From assembly GCA_039799905.1 (NCBI GenBank), contig JBDLRP010000021.1:160001-224000 (forward strand): a stretch of DNA of 64,000 bases. Direction: 5' to 3'. Position 1 is the first letter of the stretch. Every line of letters begins with the position of its first letter. The translations under genes and the position numbers were made by a program. The notes under the pieces are model-generated. The model searched no databases. It saw only the letters and a program-made list of their open reading frames with translations, and was not told the origin of the DNA. This document shows, one piece after another, positions 55,487 through 64,000 of this stretch. This DNA is from Pseudomonadota bacterium (lineage in GTDB: Bacteria > Bdellovibrionota_B > Oligoflexia > Silvanigrellales > Silvanigrellaceae).

Positions 55487-58400
55487 TCAGAGTGCGCGGC
55501 GGTATTGGCCGCCGACAGCATAAAGGGCCTCGGTCATCTGCCCCAGAGTCGCAACTCGTGCGGTCTTTAGCAGCTCCTCAAAAATATTGCCATTGCGCAG
55601 TGCAACCTGCTTGAGGCTTGCGATCGCAGTATCGGTTGCCGGTGCATTCTGCTCACGCCATCCGGCAATGGCGGCAAGCCGCGCATTCTTTTCTTCGTAC
55701 GACGCGCGCGCAAGCTCGATGTTCATGTTCGCAGAAATTTCATCCTGCCGCGGATTGAGATACGTATTCACGCCGATGATGGGCAACTCTCCCGTATGCT
55801 TGAGTGTCTCGTAATAAAGGCTTTCTTCCTGAATTTTGCCTCGCTGGTACTGAGTTTCCATCGCACCCAGCACACCTCCGCGTGACGAAATACGGTCGAA
55901 CTCGGCAAGCACCGCCTCTTCCACAACGTCCGTGAGTTGCGACAAAAAGTACGAGCCCTGATTCGGATTCTCATTTTTTGCTAGACCAAATTCTCGATTG
56001 ATGATCATCTGGATTGCCATGCTTCTGCGCACGCTTTCTTCCGTAGGAGTGGTGATTGCCTCGTCGTAGGCATTCGTGTGCAGCGAGTTGCAGTTGTCAT
56101 TGATCGCAAGAAGCGCCTGCAGGGTCGTGCGGATATCGTTGAAGTCGATTTCTTGCGCGTGCAGAGAACGTCCGCTCGTCTGAATGTGATATTTGAGCTT
56201 TTGCGAGCGCTCGTTGCCGTTATACTTGTCGCGGATGGCAATAGCCCAAATCCGCCGAGCAACGCGACCGATCACCGAATACTCTGGGTCCATGCCGTTG
56301 CTGAAAAAGAACGACAGGTTGGGTGCAAAGTCGTCGATCTTCATTCCGCGGCTAAGGTAATATTCGACGTATGTGAACCCGTTGGCCAATGTGAACGCCA
56401 GCTGGGTGATTGGGTTCGCGCCCGCCTCGGCAATGTGATAGCCAGAAATGCTCACAGAATAATAATTTCGAACGTCGTGGCGGATGAAATACTCCTGAAT
56501 GTCCCCCATCATTTTCAGCGCAAAATCGGTCGAAAAAATACAGGTGTTCTGCGCCTGATCTTCCTTGAGAATGTCGGCCTGCACCGTACCGCGCACCTTC
56601 TTGAGCGTTTCAGAGCGGACTTGCGCAAACTCATCGGCATTCAAAACCCGCCCTTTGACTTTCTCGGCAGCATCTACCTGCTGATCGATTGCTGCATTCA
56701 AAAAGAAGGCAAGGATGATTGGTGCGGGACCATTGATGGTCATGCTGACGCTGGTGTTTGGGTCACACAGGTCAAAACCGGAGTATAGAGTTTTCATGTC
56801 CGCAAGAGTGGCAATGCTCACGCCGCTTTCACCAACCTTGCCGTAAATATCGGGCCGCTCGGCAGGATCATCGCCATACAATGTGACGCTATCGAAGGCT
56901 GTCGACAGTCGTTTTGCCGGATCATTCTGTGTCAAATAATGAAAGCGGCGGTTGGTTCTTTCTGGTCCGCCCTCACCCGCAAACTGCCTTTTGGGGTCCT
57001 CATCGGCGCGCTTGAAGGGAAACACACCTGCTGTGAAAGGGAACGCCCCCGGGACGTTTTCCGCACGACTGAATTTTAAAATTTCACCCCAGTCCTGTGT
57101 CTGCGGCAGCGCGACGCGCGAAATTTTTGTTCCCGACAAACTCACGTTGGTCGTGGGAACCTCAAAAAGTTTTCCGCGTACTTCATATTTGTACTTGTCA
57201 CCACGATAGTTTGCACAGAGTGCATCCCAATCAGCCAGAGTCTTGCGGTAGTCTTCCGACAAAGCGGCCCTGCGATCTTCGAGAGTTTTTTGATTTTGTG
57301 TCGAAGGTGGAAGAATTTTTGCCGCACGTTCCAGAGCCTGAACATCGCGGGCAAGCTCAGCAACCGACTCGGTTTCCTGATGATACGCGCGCACAGTGGC
57401 AGCAATTTCGCTCAGGTAATTGGTTCTGTTTTGCGGAATAATGGGAGCCACTTGAGTGCTCTTTTGCGCGGCCGGCAAGTTCAGATGCGGTACCCATTGC
57501 TTCGAACCGCAACGCTGGTTGAGAGTTTCAACCAACGCACCGTATAGGGCATTGACACCATCATCGTTGAATTTGGATGCAATTGTTCCGAACAACGGAT
57601 AGGCGTCTTCACTGATATGCCGCCCCTGAAAACGCGAACGGCGCAGCTGTGCCCTCACATCCCGATAGGCATCTTCCGAGCCGCGCCGGTCGAATTTATT
57701 GATTGCGATAAGGTCGGCAAAATCGAGCATATCGATTTTCTCAAGCTGTGTCGCAGCGCCGTACTCGCTTGTCATGACGTACATCGCCAAATTGCTCACA
57801 CCGAGAATTCCTGTATCGCCCTGCCCGATTCCACTGGTTTCGACGATGACCAAATCAAACCCACTCGATCGCGCCAAAGCAATTGCATCATGCATCACTG
57901 CGGCAAGTTCGCTCTTGCTTCCGCGTGTGGCAAAGCTTCGCATAAAGACGTTTTGGTGATTGATGGCATTCATGCGGATGCGATCGCCCAGCAGAGCTCC
58001 GCCGGTTTTTTTCTTGGACGGATCTACACTGAAAATACAAATTTTTCGCTCAGGAAAATCGAGGGTAAAACGCCTGATAATTTCATCGGTCAGACTGCTC
58101 TTTCCGGCACCGCCAGTGCCCGTCACGCCCAACACCAGCGGGTGACTTGCCTTGTGTTCAGCACCTTCGGATTCCAGAGAACCCTTCAGCCTGCCAGCAA
58201 CGATCTGCTGTTGCACTTTGGGCGGCAAAACACGCGCTTCGTTTTCCAACAATGTCAAAGCGCGAGCGAGCCTGAGCGTTTCCTCGGCACGGATTTCGGT
58301 CTCGTTGAGAGCAGGATTCCATGCGCTGAAGGAAAAATCCGAGCGTTCGAGCATGTCGGCAATCATGCCGGTCAGACCAAGCTTCCGGCCATCGTCAGGG

Positions 58401-58768
58401 GAGTAGATGCGTGTCACACCGCCACGATGAAGGTCCTCAACTTCGGATGGGATAATGACTCCGCCCCCGCCGCCAAAAATTCTTACGTCCGAGCGGCCGG
58501 CTGCATTGAGGCATTCGCGCATGTATTTGAAAAATTCGACGTGACCGCCCTGATAAGAGCTGACGGCAACGGCCTGCGCATCTTCCTGCAGAACAGCGCG
58601 GACAATTTCCTGCACGCTGCGGTTGTGCCCGAGATGAATGACTTCGGCACCCCCCTGTTGCAGCAGGCGCCGCATAATGTTGATGCTCGCATCGTGTCCG
58701 TCGAAAAGAGCAGTCGCTGTCACGAAGCGGATTTTGTTCTTGAGCGTGTAGGGGATTGTCGTGTCCAT
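55487..58768 (-). CDS. icmF: Fused isobutyryl-CoA mutase/GTPase IcmF
   Basis: B12 motif FDGHDASIN; MeaB-type GTPase [19 protein letters not shown]; mutase [32 protein letters not shown]; 1093 aa. Confidence 0.96.
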   Translation of the reverse strand: MDTTIPYTLKNKIRFVTATALFDGHDASINIMRRLLQQGGAEVIHLGHNRSVQEIVRAVLQEDAQAVAVSSYQGGHVEFFKYMRECLNAAGRSDVRIFGGGGGVIIPSEVEDLHRGGVTRIYSPDDGRKLGLTGMIADMLERSDFSFSAWNPALNETEIRAEETLRLARALTLLENEARVLPPKVQQQIVAGRLKGSLESEGAEHKASHPLVLGVTGTGGAGKSSLTDEIIRRFTLDFPERKICIFSVDPSKKKTGGALLGDRIRMNAINHQNVFMRSFATRGSKSELAAVMHDAIALARSSGFDLVIVETSGIGQGDTGILGVSNLAMYVMTSEYGAATQLEKIDMLDFADLIAINKFDRRGSEDAYRDVRAQLRRSRFQGRHISEDAYPLFGTIASKFNDDGVNALYGALVETLNQRCGSKQWVPHLNLPAAQKSTQVAPIIPQNRTNYLSEIAATVRAYHQETESVAELARDVQALERAAKILPPSTQNQKTLEDRRAALSEDYRKTLADWDALCANYRGDKYKYEVRGKLFEVPTTNVSLSGTKISRVALPQTQDWGEILKFSRAENVPGAFPFTAGVFPFKRADEDPKRQFAGEGGPERTNRRFHYLTQNDPAKRLSTAFDSVTLYGDDPAERPDIYGKVGESGVSIATLADMKTLYSGFDLCDPNTSVSMTINGPAPIILAFFLNAAIDQQVDAAEKVKGRVLNADEFAQVRSETLKKVRGTVQADILKEDQAQNTCIFSTDFALKMMGDIQEYFIRHDVRNYYSVSISGYHIAEAGANPITQLAFTLANGFTYVEYYLSRGMKIDDFAPNLSFFFSNGMDPEYSVIGRVARRIWAIAIRDKYNGNERSQKLKYHIQTSGRSLHAQEIDFNDIRTTLQALLAINDNCNSLHTNAYDEAITTPTEESVRRSMAIQMIINREFGLAKNENPNQGSYFLSQLTDVVEEAVLAEFDRISSRGGVLGAMETQYQRGKIQEESLYYETLKHTGELPIIGVNTYLNPRQDEISANMNIELARASYEEKNARLAAIAGWREQNAPATDTAIASLKQVALRNGNIFEELLKTARVATLGQMTEALYAVGGQYRRAL

Positions 58769-58914
58769 TCTGTTCTCCGAACCCGTAGGCTGTCTGATTG
58801 CCGACTTTCATAGCGCGCAAAGCCCCCCAGACTCAACAGCGTGGCGGCTCTGACACGATAATATCGCCTTAAGTTCTAAGGCATTGTATTCTTTGTCATC
58901 CTTGGAGGTGTGTC

Positions 58915-60450
58915 ATGTGGCCCAAGAAGCTCAGCGAGATTGCACAGATTTTGGGAGTTCCGAGTCCGTCCTCATATGCGACGGCGAGTTCTGACTCACA
59001 GCCTGTGGTTCACTCTCTTTGCACGGACAGCCGTAAACTTACCCGTGGAGAGCTCTTCGTCGCCATCAAGGGAGACACTCATGATGGTCATAAATTCGTT
59101 GAAAACTCTTTGAAACAGGGTGCAGTCGCAGCCTTAGTTGAAAAATCATGGCTCGACGGGCATCCGGCGCTGTCGGAGCTCTGCATTGCCGTCGCGGACA
59201 CGACTCAGGCACTCCGCACTCTTGGTAAAGCTTTCCGCAGTGAGTTTTCATTTCCCTTGATTGCGGTCGGCGGCAGCAACGGCAAGACGACGACAAAAGA
59301 GATGCTGGCGAGCCTTTTGAGCGGCACAAGCAATAAAATCACACGCACACACAAGAGCGAAAACGGATTTCTTGGGCTGGCGGTGACCCTCACCCAAACT
59401 GCCCACAACAAGTCACAGCCGCCCAAGGCTTTGGTAGCCGAAATCGGTATCGATGATGTCGGAGCCATGAGCGAACACGTCGCAATTGCCACTCCCGATT
59501 TTGCGCTTCTGACCGCTCTCGGTCCGGAGCATCTCGCGGGATTAGGCACTTGGGATAAGGCTGTTGAAGAAGAGCTTTTATTATTCCGTAACTCGCCCAA
59601 AGATTGCCGCCGCATTTGGCAACTCTGTGAGCCCCGACTCGCAGAAGTTGCCGACGAGGTTCGGATTGGAGACGCTGTCGTCATCGACGTTCTCAGCAAA
59701 ATTCAGCTGCCGGCGCAGCTCCAACAGCTCGTGGCAGAGAAAAAAATTGCGACTCTCCAGTTTGAACTGATTGAACAAAAGGCAACCTTTTCGACAGTGA
59801 GGGCGGTCTGGCTGAGCGCGATAACAAATGGCCAGAGCGATCAATGGGAGGCAGCATTTAAAGTGCCGCTTCCCGGAATTCACAATGCACAGAATTTTGC
59901 GCTCGCACTTGCGACAGCTGCGCACACTGGCTGTCAAAAGAACGAACTTGAACAGGCATGGATGACCTTCACGCCGCCCGAGATGCGCTCGCGCATTGTG
60001 AATCTGAACAAAGGCATCACGCTCTACGACGACTGCTACAACGCAAGTCCGGCGAGCATGGACGCTGCATTCGACGCCCTGCTGTCAGATGAATGGAAAG
60101 GCCGTCACAAGGTTGTGATCCTCGGCGACATGCTCGACCTCGGCGGGGAGTCAAAGAGTTGGCATCTCAAACTGGTCGAAAAACTACTGAAAATCGAAAA
60201 CTCAGACTTGTGCCTGTTCGGAAGCGCCATGTATGATGTCTACAACGAAATCAAAACCAATTATTCCCGAGAATTGCAGACAGGAAACATCCGTCTGCAG
60301 CACGCGGGCGCAGACGTGGATCCGGCTCGGTTTGTTGATGAACTGGACGGAAAAATTGCTGGCGCCGTCGTGTTGGTCAAAGGCAGCCGGGGCATGGATT
60401 TGGGGCGTTTTGTGAAATCATGTGAGGCATGGTCTGCGGCTCAGGGTTGA
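58915..60450 (+). CDS. murF: UDP-MurNAc-tripeptide--D-Ala-D-Ala ligase
   Basis: TDSR, DGH, GSNGKTTTKE, PGIHN, DDCYNASP, LGDMLDLG, VKGSRGM. Confidence 0.88.
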   Translation: MWPKKLSEIAQILGVPSPSSYATASSDSQPVVHSLCTDSRKLTRGELFVAIKGDTHDGHKFVENSLKQGAVAALVEKSWLDGHPALSELCIAVADTTQALRTLGKAFRSEFSFPLIAVGGSNGKTTTKEMLASLLSGTSNKITRTHKSENGFLGLAVTLTQTAHNKSQPPKALVAEIGIDDVGAMSEHVAIATPDFALLTALGPEHLAGLGTWDKAVEEELLLFRNSPKDCRRIWQLCEPRLAEVADEVRIGDAVVIDVLSKIQLPAQLQQLVAEKKIATLQFELIEQKATFSTVRAVWLSAITNGQSDQWEAAFKVPLPGIHNAQNFALALATAAHTGCQKNELEQAWMTFTPPEMRSRIVNLNKGITLYDDCYNASPASMDAAFDALLSDEWKGRHKVVILGDMLDLGGESKSWHLKLVEKLLKIENSDLCLFGSAMYDVYNEIKTNYSRELQTGNIRLQHAGADVDPARFVDELDGKIAGAVVLVKGSRGMDLGRFVKSCEAWSAAQG

Positions 60451-60483
60451 GCCGCTGTCCAGCCTGACTTTCTTGGAGTGTTC

Positions 60484-60756
60484 ATGCGACCTGAGACACT
60501 ACAGGAAGAACTCTCAAGGATTCTGGAAGCCAGCTTTTCCAGACACGGTGCAGACGAAAGCGAGGAGCTTTGTCTGTCCGAGGATGAAATGTTCGAGCTG
60601 TGGAATCTTCTCGGCGAAGAGCTTGGGATCGATCTGTCGTTTGCGACTCCTGACCAGCGGCAGCTTCTTTTCGAATCCTGCGAACACGGTAAAAAACTCT
60701 CTCCGAAAGCGTTTGGCTCGCTTCTCTGGCTGGTCTATTACGGCGACCTCATGTGA
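60484..60756 (+). CDS. Small acidic protein, EF-hand-pair-like
   Basis: GGAG SD before ATG 60484; two helix-loop-helix patterns. Confidence 0.6.
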   Translation: MRPETLQEELSRILEASFSRHGADESEELCLSEDEMFELWNLLGEELGIDLSFATPDQRQLLFESCEHGKKLSPKAFGSLLWLVYYGDLM

Positions 60757-60965
60757 GGACATGAAAGCCTTGCCGCCCCGACAGACTGGTGCTATCAGCT
60801 CGGTCAACGGTCCCGTGGTGAAGTGGATATCACGCAAGCCTCCGAAGCTTGAAGCCCATGTTCGATTCATGGCGGGACCGCCAGTCTTCTGACCCACCGT
60901 CAACCCCACTCAAACGCTCAGCAATGCTAGACTTTACGCATCAGAGAGCTGCGTGGGGTGCAATT

Positions 60966-62465
60966 ATGCGCAAATTTATTTCTCAGGCGACACTGGTCGC
61001 TTTTGCGGGCGTTTTCGTGTTCCAATCACGTAATGCACACGCACAAGAGACTGTCTCACAGCAAGACACACAACCAGCAGCCACAACTACGGACCCAGAG
61101 CAAAACGGGACACCAGCACCCACAACGATTGAACCAAAGCAAGGCGGGATACCTAAGCCGAATCCGATCAAAGTTCAGCCGCCAAAGTCAGACGATGAGA
61201 ATGCAAAAGTCGAAGAACAGTCAAAAATCAAAGAGCGTATTGAGCGGAAAACAAAGACCAAAGTTGTCAAAGGCGACATTACAGGAACTGGATTCGGCAT
61301 TTTCGGCGGAGCCGATCTTGGGCTTATTTTCACGGCACCCACCGACGAAGTTTACAAATCCATTGAAAGCTCACAATTGGGAGTCGCCCCGACGTTCAAA
61401 TTCGGTGGCAGTGTTTTCACGCGCCGCATTGCGCTGGATTTTGGACTGGGACTTCAATACGCCTATTACACTGGAACACTCATCGCGCTCCCATCCATTG
61501 ATGATTTCGGAGACGTCGAGTTTATTCCGCTCAATAAAAAATACTCCAACACGCAAGCTGCCATGCACATCGAGGCAGCCGGTCGACTCCGTTTCAAAGA
61601 AAAATTGCAGGCAGGCTTGCTCGCGAATGTTCTCTTTTCTGCCTCGTCCGGTGCATTCTCGTCACTTCCGGACGTCGAGGGCGACAATGCAGAAAAATAT
61701 ATCGCTCTTATCGGACCTCAGCTTGTTTATGAAACCAATTTCAAAAACTACATTTCAAGAATCTACGGCAGCTTTCTCATTTCACTGACGAGCACCAGAC
61801 GAACCGCTTATGTTGCGACGATCGGCACTGGCCTTGGCTCTTTTCTGGTCAACCCCGTATCAATTGTCAAAACGCAATCAGAAACAAAATTTCGCACAAA
61901 GATCACCCGAGAAACAATCAACTTGAAGGCCCAAAGTGCTGACGTAAGCGACAACGTGAGCTTTATTTTTGACTCGCAGATGGTCAACTTCAAACTCAAC
62001 AGCGCAGAGCTCAATCCAAAATCAGCTGGATTCATCGGTGAGCTTGGCGAAATGTTTGCGCGCGAGCGGGACCTGTGGGGCAAGCTATTGATTGAGGGCC
62101 ACACAGACTCGCGCGGTTCACAGGCGTACAACATGAAACTATCGACGATGCGCGCACGTTCGGTGCTTGAAACACTCGAGAAAGCAGGGGTTGCGCGTGA
62201 GTCGATGGAAGCAGCTGGACTCGGTCCGACTCGCCTCCTTGTCAATCCAGAGCAGAATGACGTCGATTACGCGCGCAACAGACGCGTTGAAATTCGAATT
62301 CTCGGTCTTAAGGATGCTCGAGCCCTGCGAAAATACGTCGATGAGATTCAGGCAAAGTATTTCGGCAAACCTGCAGAGGTCAGAACCGTACCGATTCCAA
62401 AGCGCATGACGCCGGATGAATCAGCAACACCTCAGGAACCGGTCTTTGATCCGGGGCTTGAGTAA
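60966..62465 (+). CDS. OmpA-family outer-membrane protein (beta-barrel plus peptidoglycan-binding domain)
   Basis: Signal peptide ending AHA; barrel strands; EGHTDSRG...NMKLS..RA.SV and NRRVE. Confidence 0.88.
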   Translation: MRKFISQATLVAFAGVFVFQSRNAHAQETVSQQDTQPAATTTDPEQNGTPAPTTIEPKQGGIPKPNPIKVQPPKSDDENAKVEEQSKIKERIERKTKTKVVKGDITGTGFGIFGGADLGLIFTAPTDEVYKSIESSQLGVAPTFKFGGSVFTRRIALDFGLGLQYAYYTGTLIALPSIDDFGDVEFIPLNKKYSNTQAAMHIEAAGRLRFKEKLQAGLLANVLFSASSGAFSSLPDVEGDNAEKYIALIGPQLVYETNFKNYISRIYGSFLISLTSTRRTAYVATIGTGLGSFLVNPVSIVKTQSETKFRTKITRETINLKAQSADVSDNVSFIFDSQMVNFKLNSAELNPKSAGFIGELGEMFARERDLWGKLLIEGHTDSRGSQAYNMKLSTMRARSVLETLEKAGVARESMEAAGLGPTRLLVNPEQNDVDYARNRRVEIRILGLKDARALRKYVDEIQAKYFGKPAEVRTVPIPKRMTPDESATPQEPVFDPGLE

Positions 62466-62495
62466 AAACCGAAAATGTTTTTCCGCGAGGTAAAG

Positions 62496-63740
62496 ATGTA
62501 TTGCAGATCCAAACACGTCGCTCTCTGCGCATTGATCCTTTCTGCGCTGCTGAACTTCTCAACGGCTGAAGCGCAATGGCCGTCCGGTGGAAACACGAAA
62601 AGCGCCCCCGCCGCAAAGCCTGCCGAGCCTGTGACGCAAAAGCAGGAAACAACAAAGTCTTCGACACAGACAATACGGAAAGTCATTCGCAGCAACGAAA
62701 AATCCCTTCTCGAAGAGATGGGAACGAGCCTCATCTTTTCCGCCGATATGGGCTTGATAACAGGCTTTCCTTCAACACAACTCGCAAACTACGGAACAAA
62801 AACAGGACTGGCTATTGAAGGTAAAGCGCTCGGCAGCGTGCTGCTCGACAATTTTATTTTGGACGCCGGACTCGGATGGTTTTTTTACAGCGTGAGCGGA
62901 GACGAACCCGTTTTTGTCGATGGCTCGAAAATTTTTGACGAAGCGGGACAAGTTGTAACTGACGACACCGGCATTAAATTATCAGGTACGATTATCGAAA
63001 TGTCGCCGAGTTATCGAATCAGGCAAAATTACTTCGCCGGTCCGACCCTGCAGATCCGCTACCCCTCCGACCTTGGCTATGACAGCCTGATTGCCCGCAA
63101 CGCACTGGGTTTATATTTTGGCGCTCAGGGTGGCTATCAGATGTTCGACGAAGACCTCAACACGCGCTTCGTCGGTCGAATCATGCTACCCATCAACTAC
63201 AAGGATTGGCTTGGGCTTATGTTCATGGCAGGAGTCCAAATTGGCCTTCCGTTCTCCCAGCCCGACAATCTGATCGTTCAGGAGTCGACGATCAAAACAA
63301 GCGAAAAGCGAATCGTCGAATACAAAAAAAAGGTCTACAAGTTCAAAGTTGTGCGTGACGTCATAAAACTCGTGCTGGATGACTTGGTTGTGTTCTATCC
63401 AGAGCCCGGATTCCCGACACTAACGACCGAATCGCAAAGCTTCCTGATTGATTTGAGCAATTCTTTGTCTCAGACAGAAAATGAATGGGGCAATCTTCAA
63501 GTCGACACTGTGACAAAAGACCACGGTCAGGTGATTCGCGACGCACTCGTCTCGGCAGGTATAAACGACAAGAAGGTCAAAGTAGGTCCAGCCTTGGGAG
63601 GCGACAAAGAGTCGGCAACTCCGCCGGTCGAATTCACTTTCAAGAACGTCAAACAGCCACAAAAGCTCATGGACGCAGTGAGACAGGCGATGAGTTCAAT
63701 GTCGATTCCGGAAACCTGCGAGGGCGGCGAATGCCAGTAG
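62496..63740 (+). CDS. OmpA-like paralogue with degenerate C-terminal domain
   Basis: Signal peptide ending AEA; barrel strands align with the upstream gene (AD[L/M]GLI, LD[F/A]GLG); ATG 62496 after GAGG. Confidence 0.7.
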   Translation: MYCRSKHVALCALILSALLNFSTAEAQWPSGGNTKSAPAAKPAEPVTQKQETTKSSTQTIRKVIRSNEKSLLEEMGTSLIFSADMGLITGFPSTQLANYGTKTGLAIEGKALGSVLLDNFILDAGLGWFFYSVSGDEPVFVDGSKIFDEAGQVVTDDTGIKLSGTIIEMSPSYRIRQNYFAGPTLQIRYPSDLGYDSLIARNALGLYFGAQGGYQMFDEDLNTRFVGRIMLPINYKDWLGLMFMAGVQIGLPFSQPDNLIVQESTIKTSEKRIVEYKKKVYKFKVVRDVIKLVLDDLVVFYPEPGFPTLTTESQSFLIDLSNSLSQTENEWGNLQVDTVTKDHGQVIRDALVSAGINDKKVKVGPALGGDKESATPPVEFTFKNVKQPQKLMDAVRQAMSSMSIPETCEGGECQ

Positions 63741-63743
63741 AAA

Positions 63744-63819
63744 TGGAGCTGCGTAAGGGAATTGAACCCCCAACCGGTTGATTACAAATCAACTGCTCTA
63801 CCAATTGAGCTAACGCAGC
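63744..63819 (-). tRNA. tRNA-Thr (anticodon UGU)
   Basis: Reverse complement GCTGCGTTAGCTCAATTGGTAGAGCAGTTGA-TTTGTAA-TCAACCGGTTGGGGGTTCAATTCCCTTACGCAGCTCCA; 76-nt cloverleaf with encoded CCA. Confidence 0.97.
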
Positions 63820-63859
63820 GGCCGGAGCGGAGATAGTTCACTGCTGCAGGGCTTGTCAA
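63820..63859 (-). promoter_or_regulatory. Candidate sigma70 promoter for tRNA-Thr
   Basis: Perfect TTGACA (63859-63854), a weak -10 (TATCTC) 18 nt later and a GC-rich discriminator-like stretch. Confidence 0.45.
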
Positions 63860-64000
63860 GTATTCAACATCTTCATGAATCGCTCCAATGTTACGCTTAG
63901 GGCAGAACGCGTCAGAGGAGGCGAAGCCATGAGCAGGCAAGCGAACCGTTGCAGTGCAAAAATGTTAGCAACCCTCGGAGCTTGTGTAGCGTTGATACCT

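Noticed and set aside
57617..58813. 398-aa ORF antisense to icmF
   Set aside because: Antisense shadow with no independent evidence.
58769..58914. Cobalamin riboswitch upstream of icmF
   Set aside because: The region is short and divergent, and no B12-box consensus is visible.
63744..63819. tRNA-Thr as an island integration site
   Set aside because: No integrase nearby and I saw no duplicate of the tRNA 3' end in the window.

Overview
A gene-dense, mostly core-chromosome window from a Gram-negative bacterium. The gene content (deltaproteobacterial-type gspL/M/N, RNase Y, IcmF, ~1000-aa NAD-glutamate dehydrogenase, FadL/TraF-type barrel) suggests a Bdellovibrionota/Oligoflexia-like organism; this is inference only. 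It holds about 50 CDSs and one tRNA-Thr(UGU). Housekeeping genes include fadJ-like (partial), thrS, fabD, map, fba, suhB, recJ, yajC-secD-secF, murF and icmF. I found no CRISPR array, integrase, transposase or prophage gene. The most unusual features are: (i) a secretion/envelope locus with gspL-gspM, tandemly duplicated gspN genes and a secreted trypsin-like protease, transcribed divergently from a tail-anchored polyproline-repeat protein and a large TPR protein; (ii) a 1742-aa Ser/Thr kinase-STAND ATPase-GAF-PP2C phosphatase; (iii) several apparent pseudo-enzymes or degenerate domains (RNase Y lacking the KH GxxG loop, a histidine-kinase-like protein lacking the H/N/G boxes, a GT-B glycosyltransferase-TPR lacking the catalytic Glu pair, an OmpA paralogue lacking the peptidoglycan-binding motif); (iv) two small proteins with eukaryote-like patterns (LITAF-like Zn/membrane, EF-hand pair); (v) candidate RNA structures, including a Thr-anticodon-like hairpin in the thrS leader. 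All family calls come from motif recognition by eye, with no database searches.
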